A stretch of DNA of 24,000 bases from Planctomycetota bacterium (GCA_029550525.1 JAKPHF010000027.1:23839-47838); one strand, 5' to 3'. Shown: positions 14,579 to 22,951, counted from the first letter of the stretch. Program-made: numbers and translations. The notes: a model not told the origin generated them from the letters alone.

Positions 14579-16294
14579 TCACGCGAACGAGATATCGATC
14601 ACTTGCATCTCGACGCTCACGCGGCCGTTGAACTCGTTGAGGCACGGCTCGTAGGCCACCCGGCACTGCCGCCGGACGCGCAGGGCTTCCAGCTTGTCCG
14701 CCTGGTCGAAGGCGATCGCCTTCATACGGCATCGGCCGTCGGTCAGGCAGAACTGGAGATGATTCGCACTCCTGCCCACCGCCCGCGGCTCCCCGTCCAG
14801 GTGCAGCACGGGCGAGGCGAACTTCGGTTTGTGGTTGCCCGCTCCGAAAGGCCCCAGCTTCTCGACCTCCCGGGCGAGTTGCACCGACCAGACGCTCGGG
14901 CCCGCCTCGGCATCGAGGTGAAGCGTCGGCTCCAGATCGCGGGCGGTCAGCGTTCGGTTGGCTCGCTCGACGAAATGCTCGGTGAACTCCTCCAACTTGC
15001 TGCGTTTGACGCGCAGTCCGGCGGCCATGGCGTGTCCGCCGTAGGTCAGAAGGTGATGGGCGCACTCTGCCAATGCCTTGTGCAGATCGAAATTGGGGAT
15101 GCTGCGGCCCGAGCCCTGGCCCTCGCCGTTGTCGAGCGAGATCATGAGCGTGGGCCGGCCGAACCGCTCGACCAGTCGCGACGCCACGATCCCGATCACG
15201 CCCGCGTGCCAGCCCTCGCCGGCCACCACGATGGCTCGCCGTGCGTCGGTGGCCAGCTTACGCTCCTGCACGATCTCGACCGCCTCGTTGAAGATCCGCC
15301 GTTCCAGGTTCTGGCGGCTGCGGTTCTGCTCCTCAAGGTACTGGGCGATTTCGCGGGCCCGCTTCTCGTCGGCTCGGGTGAGCAGTTCGGCGGCGAGCTG
15401 GGCGTGGCCCATCCGGCCGGCGGCGTTGAGCCGTGGAGCCAGCCAGAAGCCCACGTGATCGCTGTTGAGCTTCTGGTCGGCCAGCCGGGCTGACTCGATC
15501 AGCGCCGCGATCCCGCTCAGCTTGGACGCCTTCAGGTTCGCCAGGCCATAGCGAGCCAGCACCCGGTTCTCGCCCAGCAGCGGTACCACATCGGCGATCG
15601 TGCCCAAGGCCACCAGGCCCATCGCGCTGGTCAGGAATTCGCGAAACTCGGGTGACACTTTTTCGGCATTGCTGAGGTGCTTGGCGATGGCCCAGGCGAG
15701 CTTGAACGCCACGCCCGCCCCGCACAGGTCGTGGTTGGGATACTTGCCTTCGAGCCCGGGGTGCACGACCACGTGAGCGTCGGGCAGTGTGCTGCCCGGC
15801 CGGTGGTGATCGGTGATGACGGTGGTCAAGCCCAGGTCGCGGGCGAGGCGAATTTCTTCCACCGCCGTGATGCCGCAATCCACGGTAATGAGCACGTCGT
15901 AACCGTCGCGGGCAAGCTGGCGGACGGCATCGGCGTTCAGTCCGTAGCCTTCGTCGATGCGGTGGGGGATGTAGAACGAGACGTCAGCCCCGGCCAGCGT
16001 CAGCAGATGCCAAAGGATGGCCGTGCCCGTGATGCCGTCCACGTCATAGTCGCCGTAGATGACAATCCGCTTGCCCTCGTGCATCCGGGCGACGATGAGG
16101 GCGGCCGCCTCCTTGGCTCCCGGCAGTTCCTCGGGGGCGTGCAGCATGCTCATCCGCGGCTCGAGAAACGCCTTCATGGCTTCGGGCCGGTCGAGCCCGC
16201 GGTTGAACAGGAGCTGGACAATGAGCGGGTGGACCCCCAGCCGCCGGGCCATGCTTTCGCATCCCGGCCAGGGCTGCTTGATGATCCACTGCAT
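14579..16294 (-). CDS. recJ: Single-stranded-DNA-specific exonuclease RecJ
   Basis: DHH/DHHA1 motifs: IYGDYDVDGITGTAIL, LITVDCGI, VITDHHRPG, TYGGHAMAAGL. The ATG at 16294 is preceded by GGAGG at a 3-nt spacing. The track start at 16321 is a TTG. Confidence 0.9.
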   Translation of the reverse strand: MQWIIKQPWPGCESMARRLGVHPLIVQLLFNRGLDRPEAMKAFLEPRMSMLHAPEELPGAKEAAALIVARMHEGKRIVIYGDYDVDGITGTAILWHLLTLAGADVSFYIPHRIDEGYGLNADAVRQLARDGYDVLITVDCGITAVEEIRLARDLGLTTVITDHHRPGSTLPDAHVVVHPGLEGKYPNHDLCGAGVAFKLAWAIAKHLSNAEKVSPEFREFLTSAMGLVALGTIADVVPLLGENRVLARYGLANLKASKLSGIAALIESARLADQKLNSDHVGFWLAPRLNAAGRMGHAQLAAELLTRADEKRAREIAQYLEEQNRSRQNLERRIFNEAVEIVQERKLATDARRAIVVAGEGWHAGVIGIVASRLVERFGRPTLMISLDNGEGQGSGRSIPNFDLHKALAECAHHLLTYGGHAMAAGLRVKRSKLEEFTEHFVERANRTLTARDLEPTLHLDAEAGPSVWSVQLAREVEKLGPFGAGNHKPKFASPVLHLDGEPRAVGRSANHLQFCLTDGRCRMKAIAFDQADKLEALRVRRQCRVAYEPCLNEFNGRVSVEMQVIDISFA

Positions 16295-16476
16295 GGGCCT
16301 CCGTGCCTCCTCTTCCCCCAAATCTTCCGGCGAACCTCGCCGGCCGCGCCATGGCTCGCGATTTTAAAACCTGTCCTCGGCGGGGGCAATGTACCACCGC
16401 CCGGATGCCGGCACGCGGTTGCGAGACCAACCGGCCGGTTTCCCCGTGCAGGCAAGGCAGTGTGCAACTCGTGTAT

Positions 16477-17610
16477 TTACTCCACGACTTTGATCGCCTG
16501 GTGCGTTTCCGCGGAGCGGCGGGCGGCGTCGAGGATTTCCGCGGCGATCACGTTGGTTTCGAGCGACGACGGCCCCGATGGGACGATTCGGCCCCGCACG
16601 ACCGCGACGAGGTATGAGATGGGATCGTGGGCCGGGGGCGGGACGGGCTCGGCCTGAGCCTGCGAATCGCCCGCGCCGTCGAGCCGGAGTCGATACGATC
16701 CGCCGTCGGGGATCATCAGCGATCCGCGCTCGCCGTAGATCTCCATGTCCTTGCGGTTGAACGGCCAATTCCACGACGCCTGAATCACCACCTGGGCGTC
16801 GGGATAGGTCAGCACGATCGTGGCCTCGTCATCGACACGCCGATAGGTCGGATCAGACTTGAGGCGCTGCGTCACGGCCATCACCGAGGCCGGCCGCCGG
16901 TTGTCCATGAGCCAGGTCGCGAGATTGGCGCCGTAGCAGCCGAAGTCGTACAGCGCGCCGCCGCCGTTGCGGTCAGGGTCGGTGAGCCAGGCGACGAACT
17001 CGTCGGGCATGCCGATCTCCTTGGGGCCGCGGTGTCCGAAGTTCAGGATCATCCGATGCACCCGTCCGAGACGCTGGTCCTGCTTGGCGATCTGCCAAGC
17101 CGCACGCGCCGACGGATACCATGTGGTCTCATAGTTCACGAGCAGGTGGATGCCGGCGCGGGTGGCTGCTCGCTCCATGGCCCGGGCGTGTTCGGTGCTG
17201 ACCGCGAAAGGCTTTTCGACCATCACGTGAACCCCTCGCCGTGCGCAGGCTTCGACGACCTGCAGATGGTCGAACGTATCGGTGAACACTGCGACCGCTT
17301 CTGGCCGGGCCTTGGCGAGCATTTCCTCGAGATCCGAGAACAGAATGGCCGGGTCCAGCTTGTGATGATGCCGGCCGTAACGGTGCAGCAGATCGGGCCG
17401 CGCGTCGTACAGGCCAACGATTTCGACGTCGGGGTGATAGACGGCCGCCTGCAGGAATCCGTACACGTGCCCATGTACCAGACCGGCCACGCCGATCCGC
17501 AGCCGTGCGGGCTTACTGGCCGGCTCGTCGGCGAAAGCGGCGGAATCGCAGGCGAGAAGAACAAGTGCACACGAGATGAGGGCATTCAACCGCAACTGCA
17601 AGCGAAGCAT
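16477..17610 (-). CDS. Exported Gfo/Idh/MocA-family NAD(P)-dependent oxidoreductase
   Basis: N-terminal signal peptide MLRLQLRLNALISCALVLLACDSAAFA (possible lipobox LLAC, or an AFA/DE cleavage site). Rossmann motif RIGVAGLVHGHVYGF and the family EKP motif (VMVEKPFAVS). GGGAG lies 6 nt upstream of the ATG at 17610. ATGs at 17616 and 17673 are alternatives. Confidence 0.8.
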   Translation of the reverse strand: MLRLQLRLNALISCALVLLACDSAAFADEPASKPARLRIGVAGLVHGHVYGFLQAAVYHPDVEIVGLYDARPDLLHRYGRHHHKLDPAILFSDLEEMLAKARPEAVAVFTDTFDHLQVVEACARRGVHVMVEKPFAVSTEHARAMERAATRAGIHLLVNYETTWYPSARAAWQIAKQDQRLGRVHRMILNFGHRGPKEIGMPDEFVAWLTDPDRNGGGALYDFGCYGANLATWLMDNRRPASVMAVTQRLKSDPTYRRVDDEATIVLTYPDAQVVIQASWNWPFNRKDMEIYGERGSLMIPDGGSYRLRLDGAGDSQAQAEPVPPPAHDPISYLVAVVRGRIVPSGPSSLETNVIAAEILDAARRSAETHQAIKVVE

Positions 17611-17663
17611 CGACATCTCCCTTCCATTCATGGTCTGGTCCGAGATCACACGTGAGTGCATGC

Positions 17664-17677
17664 ACAAATGCATTTGT
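17664..17677. promoter_or_regulatory. 14-bp perfect palindrome ACAAATGCATTTGT (operator-like) upstream of the Gfo/Idh/MocA gene
   Basis: The palindrome is read directly from the sequence. On the minus strand it overlaps a perfect TTGACA hexamer (17680-17675). It abuts a second palindrome, TGCATGCA (17657-17664), and lies ~55-65 nt upstream of the start codon. Confidence 0.35.
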
Positions 17678-17745
17678 CAATGCTGGGAGGCCGGTCGTCT
17701 CGCCTCCCCCTTCGATGCGGGCAAGATGCCCGCCCCCCGACGACG

Positions 17746-18486
17746 TCAAGCGTTGATGTGCTTTCGCATGGCGGCCATGCGGACGGCGAACGGCGGGTGC
17801 GAGGCGAAGTAGGCGAAGATCTCCGGCAGGGCGTCCTGACCGCAGGTTGCTTGGAGACGCTCCATCATGCGAATGGCGGCGCGGGGATCGGCCCCGGCGC
17901 TGTGGGCGAGGCGCACGCCGAAGCTGTCGGCCTCGAGTTCCTGATCCTGAGTGTAGGCTGATTGCATGAGCTTGATGCCCATGCCCACCATGTGAGGGCT
18001 GAGTACGCGGCCGACGGGCGTGACTCGCGAGGCCACGTTGAACAGCGTGCTGCTGACCAGCCGGTCGAACGAATGACCGCGAACCACGTGACCGATCTCG
18101 TGGCCCAGCACGAAGGCGATCTCGTCGGGGTTGTGTTCGCACAATTCGAGCAGCGGACGCGTGACGTAGATGAACCCGCCGGGCACGGCGAACGCGTTAG
18201 GAGCATCAGCGCTCACCAGGTGAAACGCCCACTTGCGCTTGCGGTTGGTGAGCCGGCCGGCGAGCCTCGTGCCGATCTCCTCGACCCAGCGAGCAGCCTG
18301 CGGGTCGCGATCCGGCGGCAACTCCTGAGCCATGGCCGCCGCCATGTCGCGGCCCGTTTCGTACTCGGCCTGGAGGATCTCGTCTTCGCTGGCGGTCAGC
18401 GAGTTCCACACCCACTTGCCCTTGCGAATCTTGGGGCCGACGAGCCTTCCCAGGTTGTAGAAGAAGCCGGGCATCTCGTTCATCAT
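17746..18486 (-). CDS. M48-family zinc metallopeptidase
   Basis: HExxH zinc site in VLGHEIGHVVRGH, with upstream NAFAVPGGFIYVT and a downstream glutamate (QELEADSFG). The start is uncertain: ATGs at 18486, 18483 and 18474, and a TTG at 18513. Confidence 0.8.
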   Translation of the reverse strand: MMNEMPGFFYNLGRLVGPKIRKGKWVWNSLTASEDEILQAEYETGRDMAAAMAQELPPDRDPQAARWVEEIGTRLAGRLTNRKRKWAFHLVSADAPNAFAVPGGFIYVTRPLLELCEHNPDEIAFVLGHEIGHVVRGHSFDRLVSSTLFNVASRVTPVGRVLSPHMVGMGIKLMQSAYTQDQELEADSFGVRLAHSAGADPRAAIRMMERLQATCGQDALPEIFAYFASHPPFAVRMAAMRKHINA

Positions 18487-18602
18487 TGTGGTGGAGCCTT
18501 TCGTCAGGGGCAAGCCGCCGCTGTCTCTCGCCGCGAACCCGTGCTAAGATGCACCCGTTTGATGCCGCGTTTTCCCCACCCATTCATCGCAGGAGGTCTC
18601 GC

Positions 18603-20072
18603 GTGAGAGTATTTTTCGCCGCGCTTCTGGTCGTTGCCTTGCTCATACCTGCCGCCCGTGCCGATCTCGGTGATATCGCTCAGGTTCGCGATCGCACCAG
18701 CCACCGGGCCTCCAGCTACGACCGCACGGGCTGCAACGAGGACAGCATCGTCAGCTTCGCTCCCGGCACGACCGAGGTCCTGCTCGATACGCCCGGTCCG
18801 GGCCGAATCACGCATATTTGGATGACGCTTGCCCGGTTTCCGGGGCACGAGTTCGTCGCTCGCGACATTACGCTCCGCATCTATTGGGAGAACTCGGACG
18901 TGCCCTCGGTCGAGGTGCCGTTGGGCGATTTTTTCGGGCTGGGCCACGGCCGGCTCTACACGTACCAGTCGCTGCCCATGGCCGTGGGAGCCAACCCCGT
19001 GGCCATGAACTGCTACTGGCCCATGCCGTTCTACAAGCACGCTCGCATCGAGTTGTTCAACGCGGGTAACCGCAGCATCCGTCGGCTGTACTACAACATC
19101 GATTACGAACTGGGCGAGATTCCCCCGGGCCAGGGCTTGTTTCACGCATTATACAAGCGAAACCGGGCGCTGCCCGGCCAGTCGCATCTGAACAACACCA
19201 CCGGCGCTGACAACTACGTCATCCTCGAAACGCATGGCCGCGGACATTACGTGGGCTGCACGCTCGCCGTCGACGCTCTGCCCGGTAGTTGGTGGGGCGA
19301 GGGCGACGAGATGATCTTCATCGACGGGGCCAAGACGCCCACGATTATCGGCACGGGCTCCGAGGATTACTTCTGCAACGCCTGGGGCTACAAGAACTCG
19401 TTCAGCTATCCGTTCTACGGGGCGCCGCTGCTGGAGGACAAGGAGGACGGTGGCAAACTGGCCGTCGTCTATCGCTGGCACGTGCCCGATCCGGTCCACT
19501 TCCGCACGCACATCAAGGTCACGATGGAGCACCTGTGGGAATCCCATCTGCTCAACGACTACACGACCGTCGCGTATTGGTATCAGACTGAGCCGATGCG
19601 CGAGCGTCCGCCTCTGCCGCCGGCGGAGCAGAATCAGCCGGGCGGCGCCATGCGCTACGTGGACGCCACGTCGCTCGAAGCCGACTGCCGGGATCGCGGC
19701 ATCCAGGCCCGGGCGCTGACCGCCAATCTCGATCAGGGCTATGCCGGCGGAGGCTGGCTGGAGATCAAGACGGGCGGGCAGCCGGTCGAGTTGCGCATCC
19801 CCGTGCCGCGGCCGGGCATCTATGAGGTGAAGGCCAAGCCGGTGAACCACGTGCTGGCCGGCCCGATTCGCATGAGCGTGCCGGGCAGCGAACCCCGTGT
19901 GTTCGAGAAGATCGTGCCGCCTGCCGAGAAGCCCTGGACCGAGGGCGAAGTGCCCTTCGTGAGCCTGGGCACGGCCAGGTCCGTGGACGGCTACGTCGCA
20001 GTGACCGTCTCCGGCAGCCCGGTGATCGGCTTCGACGGTTTCCGTGTCACGCAAGTGGAAGCGGGGAGGTAA
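18603..20072 (+). CDS. Secreted DUF2961 / glycoside hydrolase family 172-like protein with an extra C-terminal ~130 aa domain
   Basis: The GTG at 18603 is preceded by AGGAGG (18591-18596) at 6 nt, giving the signal peptide MRVFFAALLVVALLIPAARA/DLGD. DUF2961 motifs: RITHIWMT, CYWPMPF, WWGEGDEMIFIDG, GTGSEDYF, YRWHVPDP. The tail after ~19640 looks like a beta-sandwich of unknown function. Confidence 0.75.
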   Translation: MRVFFAALLVVALLIPAARADLGDIAQVRDRTSHRASSYDRTGCNEDSIVSFAPGTTEVLLDTPGPGRITHIWMTLARFPGHEFVARDITLRIYWENSDVPSVEVPLGDFFGLGHGRLYTYQSLPMAVGANPVAMNCYWPMPFYKHARIELFNAGNRSIRRLYYNIDYELGEIPPGQGLFHALYKRNRALPGQSHLNNTTGADNYVILETHGRGHYVGCTLAVDALPGSWWGEGDEMIFIDGAKTPTIIGTGSEDYFCNAWGYKNSFSYPFYGAPLLEDKEDGGKLAVVYRWHVPDPVHFRTHIKVTMEHLWESHLLNDYTTVAYWYQTEPMRERPPLPPAEQNQPGGAMRYVDATSLEADCRDRGIQARALTANLDQGYAGGGWLEIKTGGQPVELRIPVPRPGIYEVKAKPVNHVLAGPIRMSVPGSEPRVFEKIVPPAEKPWTEGEVPFVSLGTARSVDGYVAVTVSGSPVIGFDGFRVTQVEAGR

Positions 20073-20080
20073 GGGGGAGG

Positions 20081-20108
20081 AGGCAGAAGGCAGCGGACAG
20101 GAGACAGA
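20081..20108. repeat. Degenerate heptamer tandem repeat within an ~80-nt polypurine tract
   Basis: AGGCAGA AGGCAGC GGACAGG AGACAGA, with CAG recurring every 7 nt. The surrounding region 20053-20131 is about 87% purine on the plus strand. Confidence 0.5.
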
Positions 20109-20122
20109 ATAGAAAGCAGGGG

Positions 20123-20162
20123 AAAAAAGAACGGACCGTCTCAGGTGACTGAGACGGTCCGT
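20123..20162 (-). terminator. Rho-independent terminator of the PEP-CTERM gene
   Basis: Perfect 14-bp stem: acggaccgtctcag (20131-20144) pairs with ctgagacggtccgt (20149-20162), loop gtga. On the minus strand it is followed by TCTTTTTTCC (complement of 20121-20130). A smaller 7-bp hairpin at 20176-20193 lies between the stop codon and this structure. Confidence 0.75.
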
Positions 20163-20216
20163 GGTCTTGGGTGGATTGCGTCCGAGGACGCAACCGTTAT
20201 TGCCGATACGAACCTC

Positions 20217-21473
20217 TTACCGCCGACGCAGGCAGGCCAGGCCGCCGAGCGCCAGGAGGAGCATGGTCGCCGGTTCGGGAACCAGCTGGACATTGGCGAA
20301 CTTGGCGCCCGCCGTATCACCCGACCGCTGGCCGCGGGACAGATCCCAGCCGCTGGCGATCCAGACGGTGATACCGTTGGTGCCCTGGCCCATGGCGGTG
20401 ACGCTCAGCGTCTCCCAGGCGTTCTTCAGGCTCTGGGCCTCGGACCAGATGATGTTGGGCGAGTTGGGGTCCATGCCGCCGGTGGGGTCGATGCCGATTC
20501 GCGAATCGGATGCCGCCGGGTCGTACGCGTAGACGTCGGCGGTCAGTGTCCACTCATGGGCGGGCAGCTCGTCGTTGATCCGCTGGAAGAAGTAGCGGCG
20601 GCCGCCGGCCTTCCACTGGTCGACATGCATCGCGAACCCGAATCCCTCCGCGTCGGGAACGGGCTCGATGCGATCGATTTGACCGGCCGACTCACCCATG
20701 GGCAGCCAGCCGTCGAACATGTACTGATCCTTCGCGTTGCCATCACCCGGGTTCAGCGACTTCCAGTTCGTTATGTTGGTGTGCTGACTGAAGTCGCCGT
20801 TGTGCAGGCTCTTGTAGACGATGATGGGCGACTCCAGCACGCGGACGCCGTCAGCGTGGCCGTTAAACTTGAATGCTTGGTCGAGGTTGCTGTAGGTCAC
20901 GCCCACATAAGCCGTGAGCTGGTCACCAGTCGCAATGACGCTCTGCTGGAACGACTGCTTGCCCATGGCGCCACTGGAGACCTCAAAGTAGTTCCCGTAC
21001 ATGTGGCTCACGCCGCCGGTGGGATTCGACCGCTGGTCCCCGGGCACGAGACCCCACTCGGGCCGAACGTTTACGGTGGGGGCCTTGCTCCATTGCTGTG
21101 TACCGATTATGTGATAGTGATAACCGGCCACGGTATTGATGACATGGCTGATGCCGTACGTGCCGCTGCCAGTGCCGGTGTCGCCGAAGATCACCGAGTG
21201 ACCGATGCGGAAGCCCGGATTCGGATAGACGTGGGACTCATCCTCATACTGGAGGGCAATCTTGGGATCCTGGCTCCAGGTGACGCCGATACCGCCGCCG
21301 CTGCCCGTCAGGTAGTACTGCCATTCGGGAGGCGTGTACGCAGGGTCTGTGGTGACCGGGCCCCCGTCCCACGTACTGGCGAATTCGCCATTGTAGTCCA
21401 CCCGCGTCGGGGCCGCGAAAGCCGCGACTGACGCTACGCTGCAGATCGCAAACACGACCAATGCTTTCTTCAT
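20217..21473 (-). CDS. PEP-CTERM-anchored secreted protein of unknown function
   Basis: The ATG at 21473 is preceded by GAGGAGGAG at 5 nt, giving the signal peptide MKKALVVFAICSVASVAAFA/AP. The C-terminus VPEPATMLLLALGGLACLRRR is a canonical PEP-CTERM sorting signal (PEP, TM helix, basic tail). GC3 is high in this frame. Confidence 0.8.
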   Translation of the reverse strand: MKKALVVFAICSVASVAAFAAPTRVDYNGEFASTWDGGPVTTDPAYTPPEWQYYLTGSGGGIGVTWSQDPKIALQYEDESHVYPNPGFRIGHSVIFGDTGTGSGTYGISHVINTVAGYHYHIIGTQQWSKAPTVNVRPEWGLVPGDQRSNPTGGVSHMYGNYFEVSSGAMGKQSFQQSVIATGDQLTAYVGVTYSNLDQAFKFNGHADGVRVLESPIIVYKSLHNGDFSQHTNITNWKSLNPGDGNAKDQYMFDGWLPMGESAGQIDRIEPVPDAEGFGFAMHVDQWKAGGRRYFFQRINDELPAHEWTLTADVYAYDPAASDSRIGIDPTGGMDPNSPNIIWSEAQSLKNAWETLSVTAMGQGTNGITVWIASGWDLSRGQRSGDTAGAKFANVQLVPEPATMLLLALGGLACLRRR

Positions 21474-21650
21474 GGGTTCTCCTCCTCGAGACAATTCTGC
21501 CGTACCGCGACAGAATGAGATGCCATACTCTTGCGACATGAGAGACTTGTGATGCCTTTCCGCTCTCCTTTTCGCCCGATTCGATCCGCCGCAGCGCACC
21601 CGTCAGCCCTCCACGTTCATCCAACGAGTGCGTATGGAGTTGTTTGTTGA

Positions 21651-21708
21651 ATCCTAGCGGCAAGACGGAGGGGATGTCAAGGCATATTTGCGGTTTAAAA
21701 CATTTTAA
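21651..21708 (-). promoter_or_regulatory. Predicted sigma70-type promoter plus upstream AT-rich motif for the PEP-CTERM gene
   Basis: Read on the minus strand: TTAAAATGTTTTAAA (21708-21694), 13 nt, -35 TTGACA (21680-21675), 18-nt spacer, -10 TAGGAT (21656-21651). This is an AT-rich island in a GC-rich background. Confidence 0.4.
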
Positions 21709-21815
21709 CTATGGGGCCGGTCCGGACAGGGAGCCGCCTCAACGCTGGCAGGCTACTTGCGTGTCGACAGGTCCGTCGGGTGCGGCAGAGAATGTCGCGG
21801 GGCCGGCGCCGGCCG

Positions 21816-21859
21816 GCCACGCTGGACGGCGACAGGGCGACAGCGTTGGCTCTTTTTTT
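21816..21859 (+). terminator. Possible orphan plus-strand intrinsic terminator
   Basis: A stem of ~9 bp with one bulge (gccacgctg 21816-24 pairs with cagcgttggc 21841-50) is followed by tcTTTTTTT (21851-21859). The loop is large (16 nt) and no annotated plus-strand gene ends here. Confidence 0.3.
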
Positions 21860-21942
21860 GGGACCTGCATCCGCCCGCACGCGAAGCTTCGCGACGGCGG
21901 AAAGCCGGCATCGGCGCCAGTCAAGTCGTAGTCGTAAGGCGC

Positions 21943-21978
21943 ATAAAACAACGGAGCCGGCCCGAAGACCGGCTCCGT
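21943..21978 (-). terminator. Rho-independent terminator of the DUF1559 gene
   Basis: 10-bp stem: acggagccgg (21951-21960) pairs with ccggctccgt (21969-21978), with an 8-nt loop. On the minus strand it is followed by TGTTTTATGC. It lies 28 nt after the stop codon. Confidence 0.65.
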
Positions 21979-22006
21979 GGGGTTGTCCGTGTGAATTTGA
22001 TCGAGC

Positions 22007-22906
22007 TTACGGCCGGCCGTGCTGCTTCTGGCCTTCGGACAAGCTCAAGACTGAGCCGTAACTCTTGAGTGCATCGGTATAGGTGGTTCCGCTGATCCAA
22101 CGTCCCTTGGTACGCACGCACAGATCCCGGGCCTGGAAGAATTCGCTTCTGGGTTCACCCAATGGTTTGACCGTACTGCCATGGGGGAGTTGCACGCGAC
22201 CCACGTGGGTGTCCACAAAGGCGATATTGCCCCAGCCCTTGCCCGTCCGCTGGAGGTGCCGGTCGCTTACGCCGTCCAAGTTCGCCCAGCCGCCATCAAA
22301 CATAGTGTCGGTGTTCAACTGACCAGAGAAATCGTGGTAGGTGAAATCCTCTTCGATGAACAAGGGCACATGTTCGAATGGGACTGTGGGAACGGTGCTG
22401 CCTGTGTGGTCGTTCGAATCATAAGGCGCCTTGCTCAGTCGATGGGCTCCGGCGAGCCATTCCGCATTCGCCCCGGAGATCAGGGTGTGAAGCGAGTAGC
22501 TGTGCGTGACCTTGTAGTCGCCCCGCTTTTGTACGTCGACGGGGCAGATGTAGCCCTGAGCCTGGCGACCCATATGCCGCCACAGCGCGCCACGCGAAGG
22601 CTGAATCACGACTCTGTCTGGGCCAGGGCTCTCGAGATCGTAGTACGGCCCAATCCAACTCACCGGCCGTCCACTGTCTTTCTGGCTGCGAACCCCGGGG
22701 AACCGACCCTTGTTTTCGGAGCTGAATGTGACGGCCGCGGTGGCGAGCGATTTGAGGTTGGCCTGACACGCCACCATGCGGGCTTGATCCCGGGCCGAGG
22801 CCAGCGACGGCAGGAGGATGGAGATCAGCAAAGCAATGATGGCCACGACGACCAGGACTTCAATCAGCGTGAACGCTGGGCGCTGAAACGCTTTTTTTCG
22901 TGACAT
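22007..22906 (-). CDS. Prepilin-type N-terminal cleavage/methylation domain protein, DUF1559-like (type II secretion pseudopilin-like)
   Basis: The N-terminus MSRKKAFQRPAFTLIEVLVVVAIIALLISILLPSL is the class III signal / N-methylation motif. The C-terminal GNIAFVDTHV resembles the H-X9-DG-type end of planctomycetal DUF1559 proteins. Confidence 0.8.
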   Translation of the reverse strand: MSRKKAFQRPAFTLIEVLVVVAIIALLISILLPSLASARDQARMVACQANLKSLATAAVTFSSENKGRFPGVRSQKDSGRPVSWIGPYYDLESPGPDRVVIQPSRGALWRHMGRQAQGYICPVDVQKRGDYKVTHSYSLHTLISGANAEWLAGAHRLSKAPYDSNDHTGSTVPTVPFEHVPLFIEEDFTYHDFSGQLNTDTMFDGGWANLDGVSDRHLQRTGKGWGNIAFVDTHVGRVQLPHGSTVKPLGEPRSEFFQARDLCVRTKGRWISGTTYTDALKSYGSVLSLSEGQKQHGRP

Positions 22907-22951
22907 GGGGTTTGCCCTCTGGGTCTGTGAACCGAATGCGACGTCACTCCC

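Noticed and set aside
12897-15065. 722-aa ORF on the minus strand spanning the GT-C gene and the recJ 3' end
   Set aside because: It is an alternative frame of the same strand as two well-supported genes. It is extremely Arg/Pro/Gly-rich (RRTRHGRRTARQ...) and crosses a gene boundary, so it is not credible as coding.
20145-21431. 428-aa ORF on the plus strand
   Set aside because: It is antisense to the PEP-CTERM gene, which has an SD, a signal peptide, a canonical C-terminal sorting signal and high GC3. The plus-strand product has none of these.
2431-21599. Longer N-terminal extensions given by the ORF track: ftsW 2431, murG 3745, murB 6989, TIM-barrel 11791, recJ 16321, oxidoreductase 17673, M48 18513, DUF2961 18486 and PEP-CTERM 21599
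   Set aside because: The downstream starts put conserved N-terminal motifs or signal peptides at their expected positions, and several have a better Shine-Dalgarno sequence. The extensions are non-conserved and Arg-rich, or overlap neighbouring elements. The starts remain predictions.
21604-21634. Mini-ORF ATG AAC GTG GAG GGC TGA (MNVEG) in the PEP-CTERM leader, as a leader peptide
   Set aside because: It is five codons long, has no SD, and has no regulatory codon bias. It is indistinguishable from chance.
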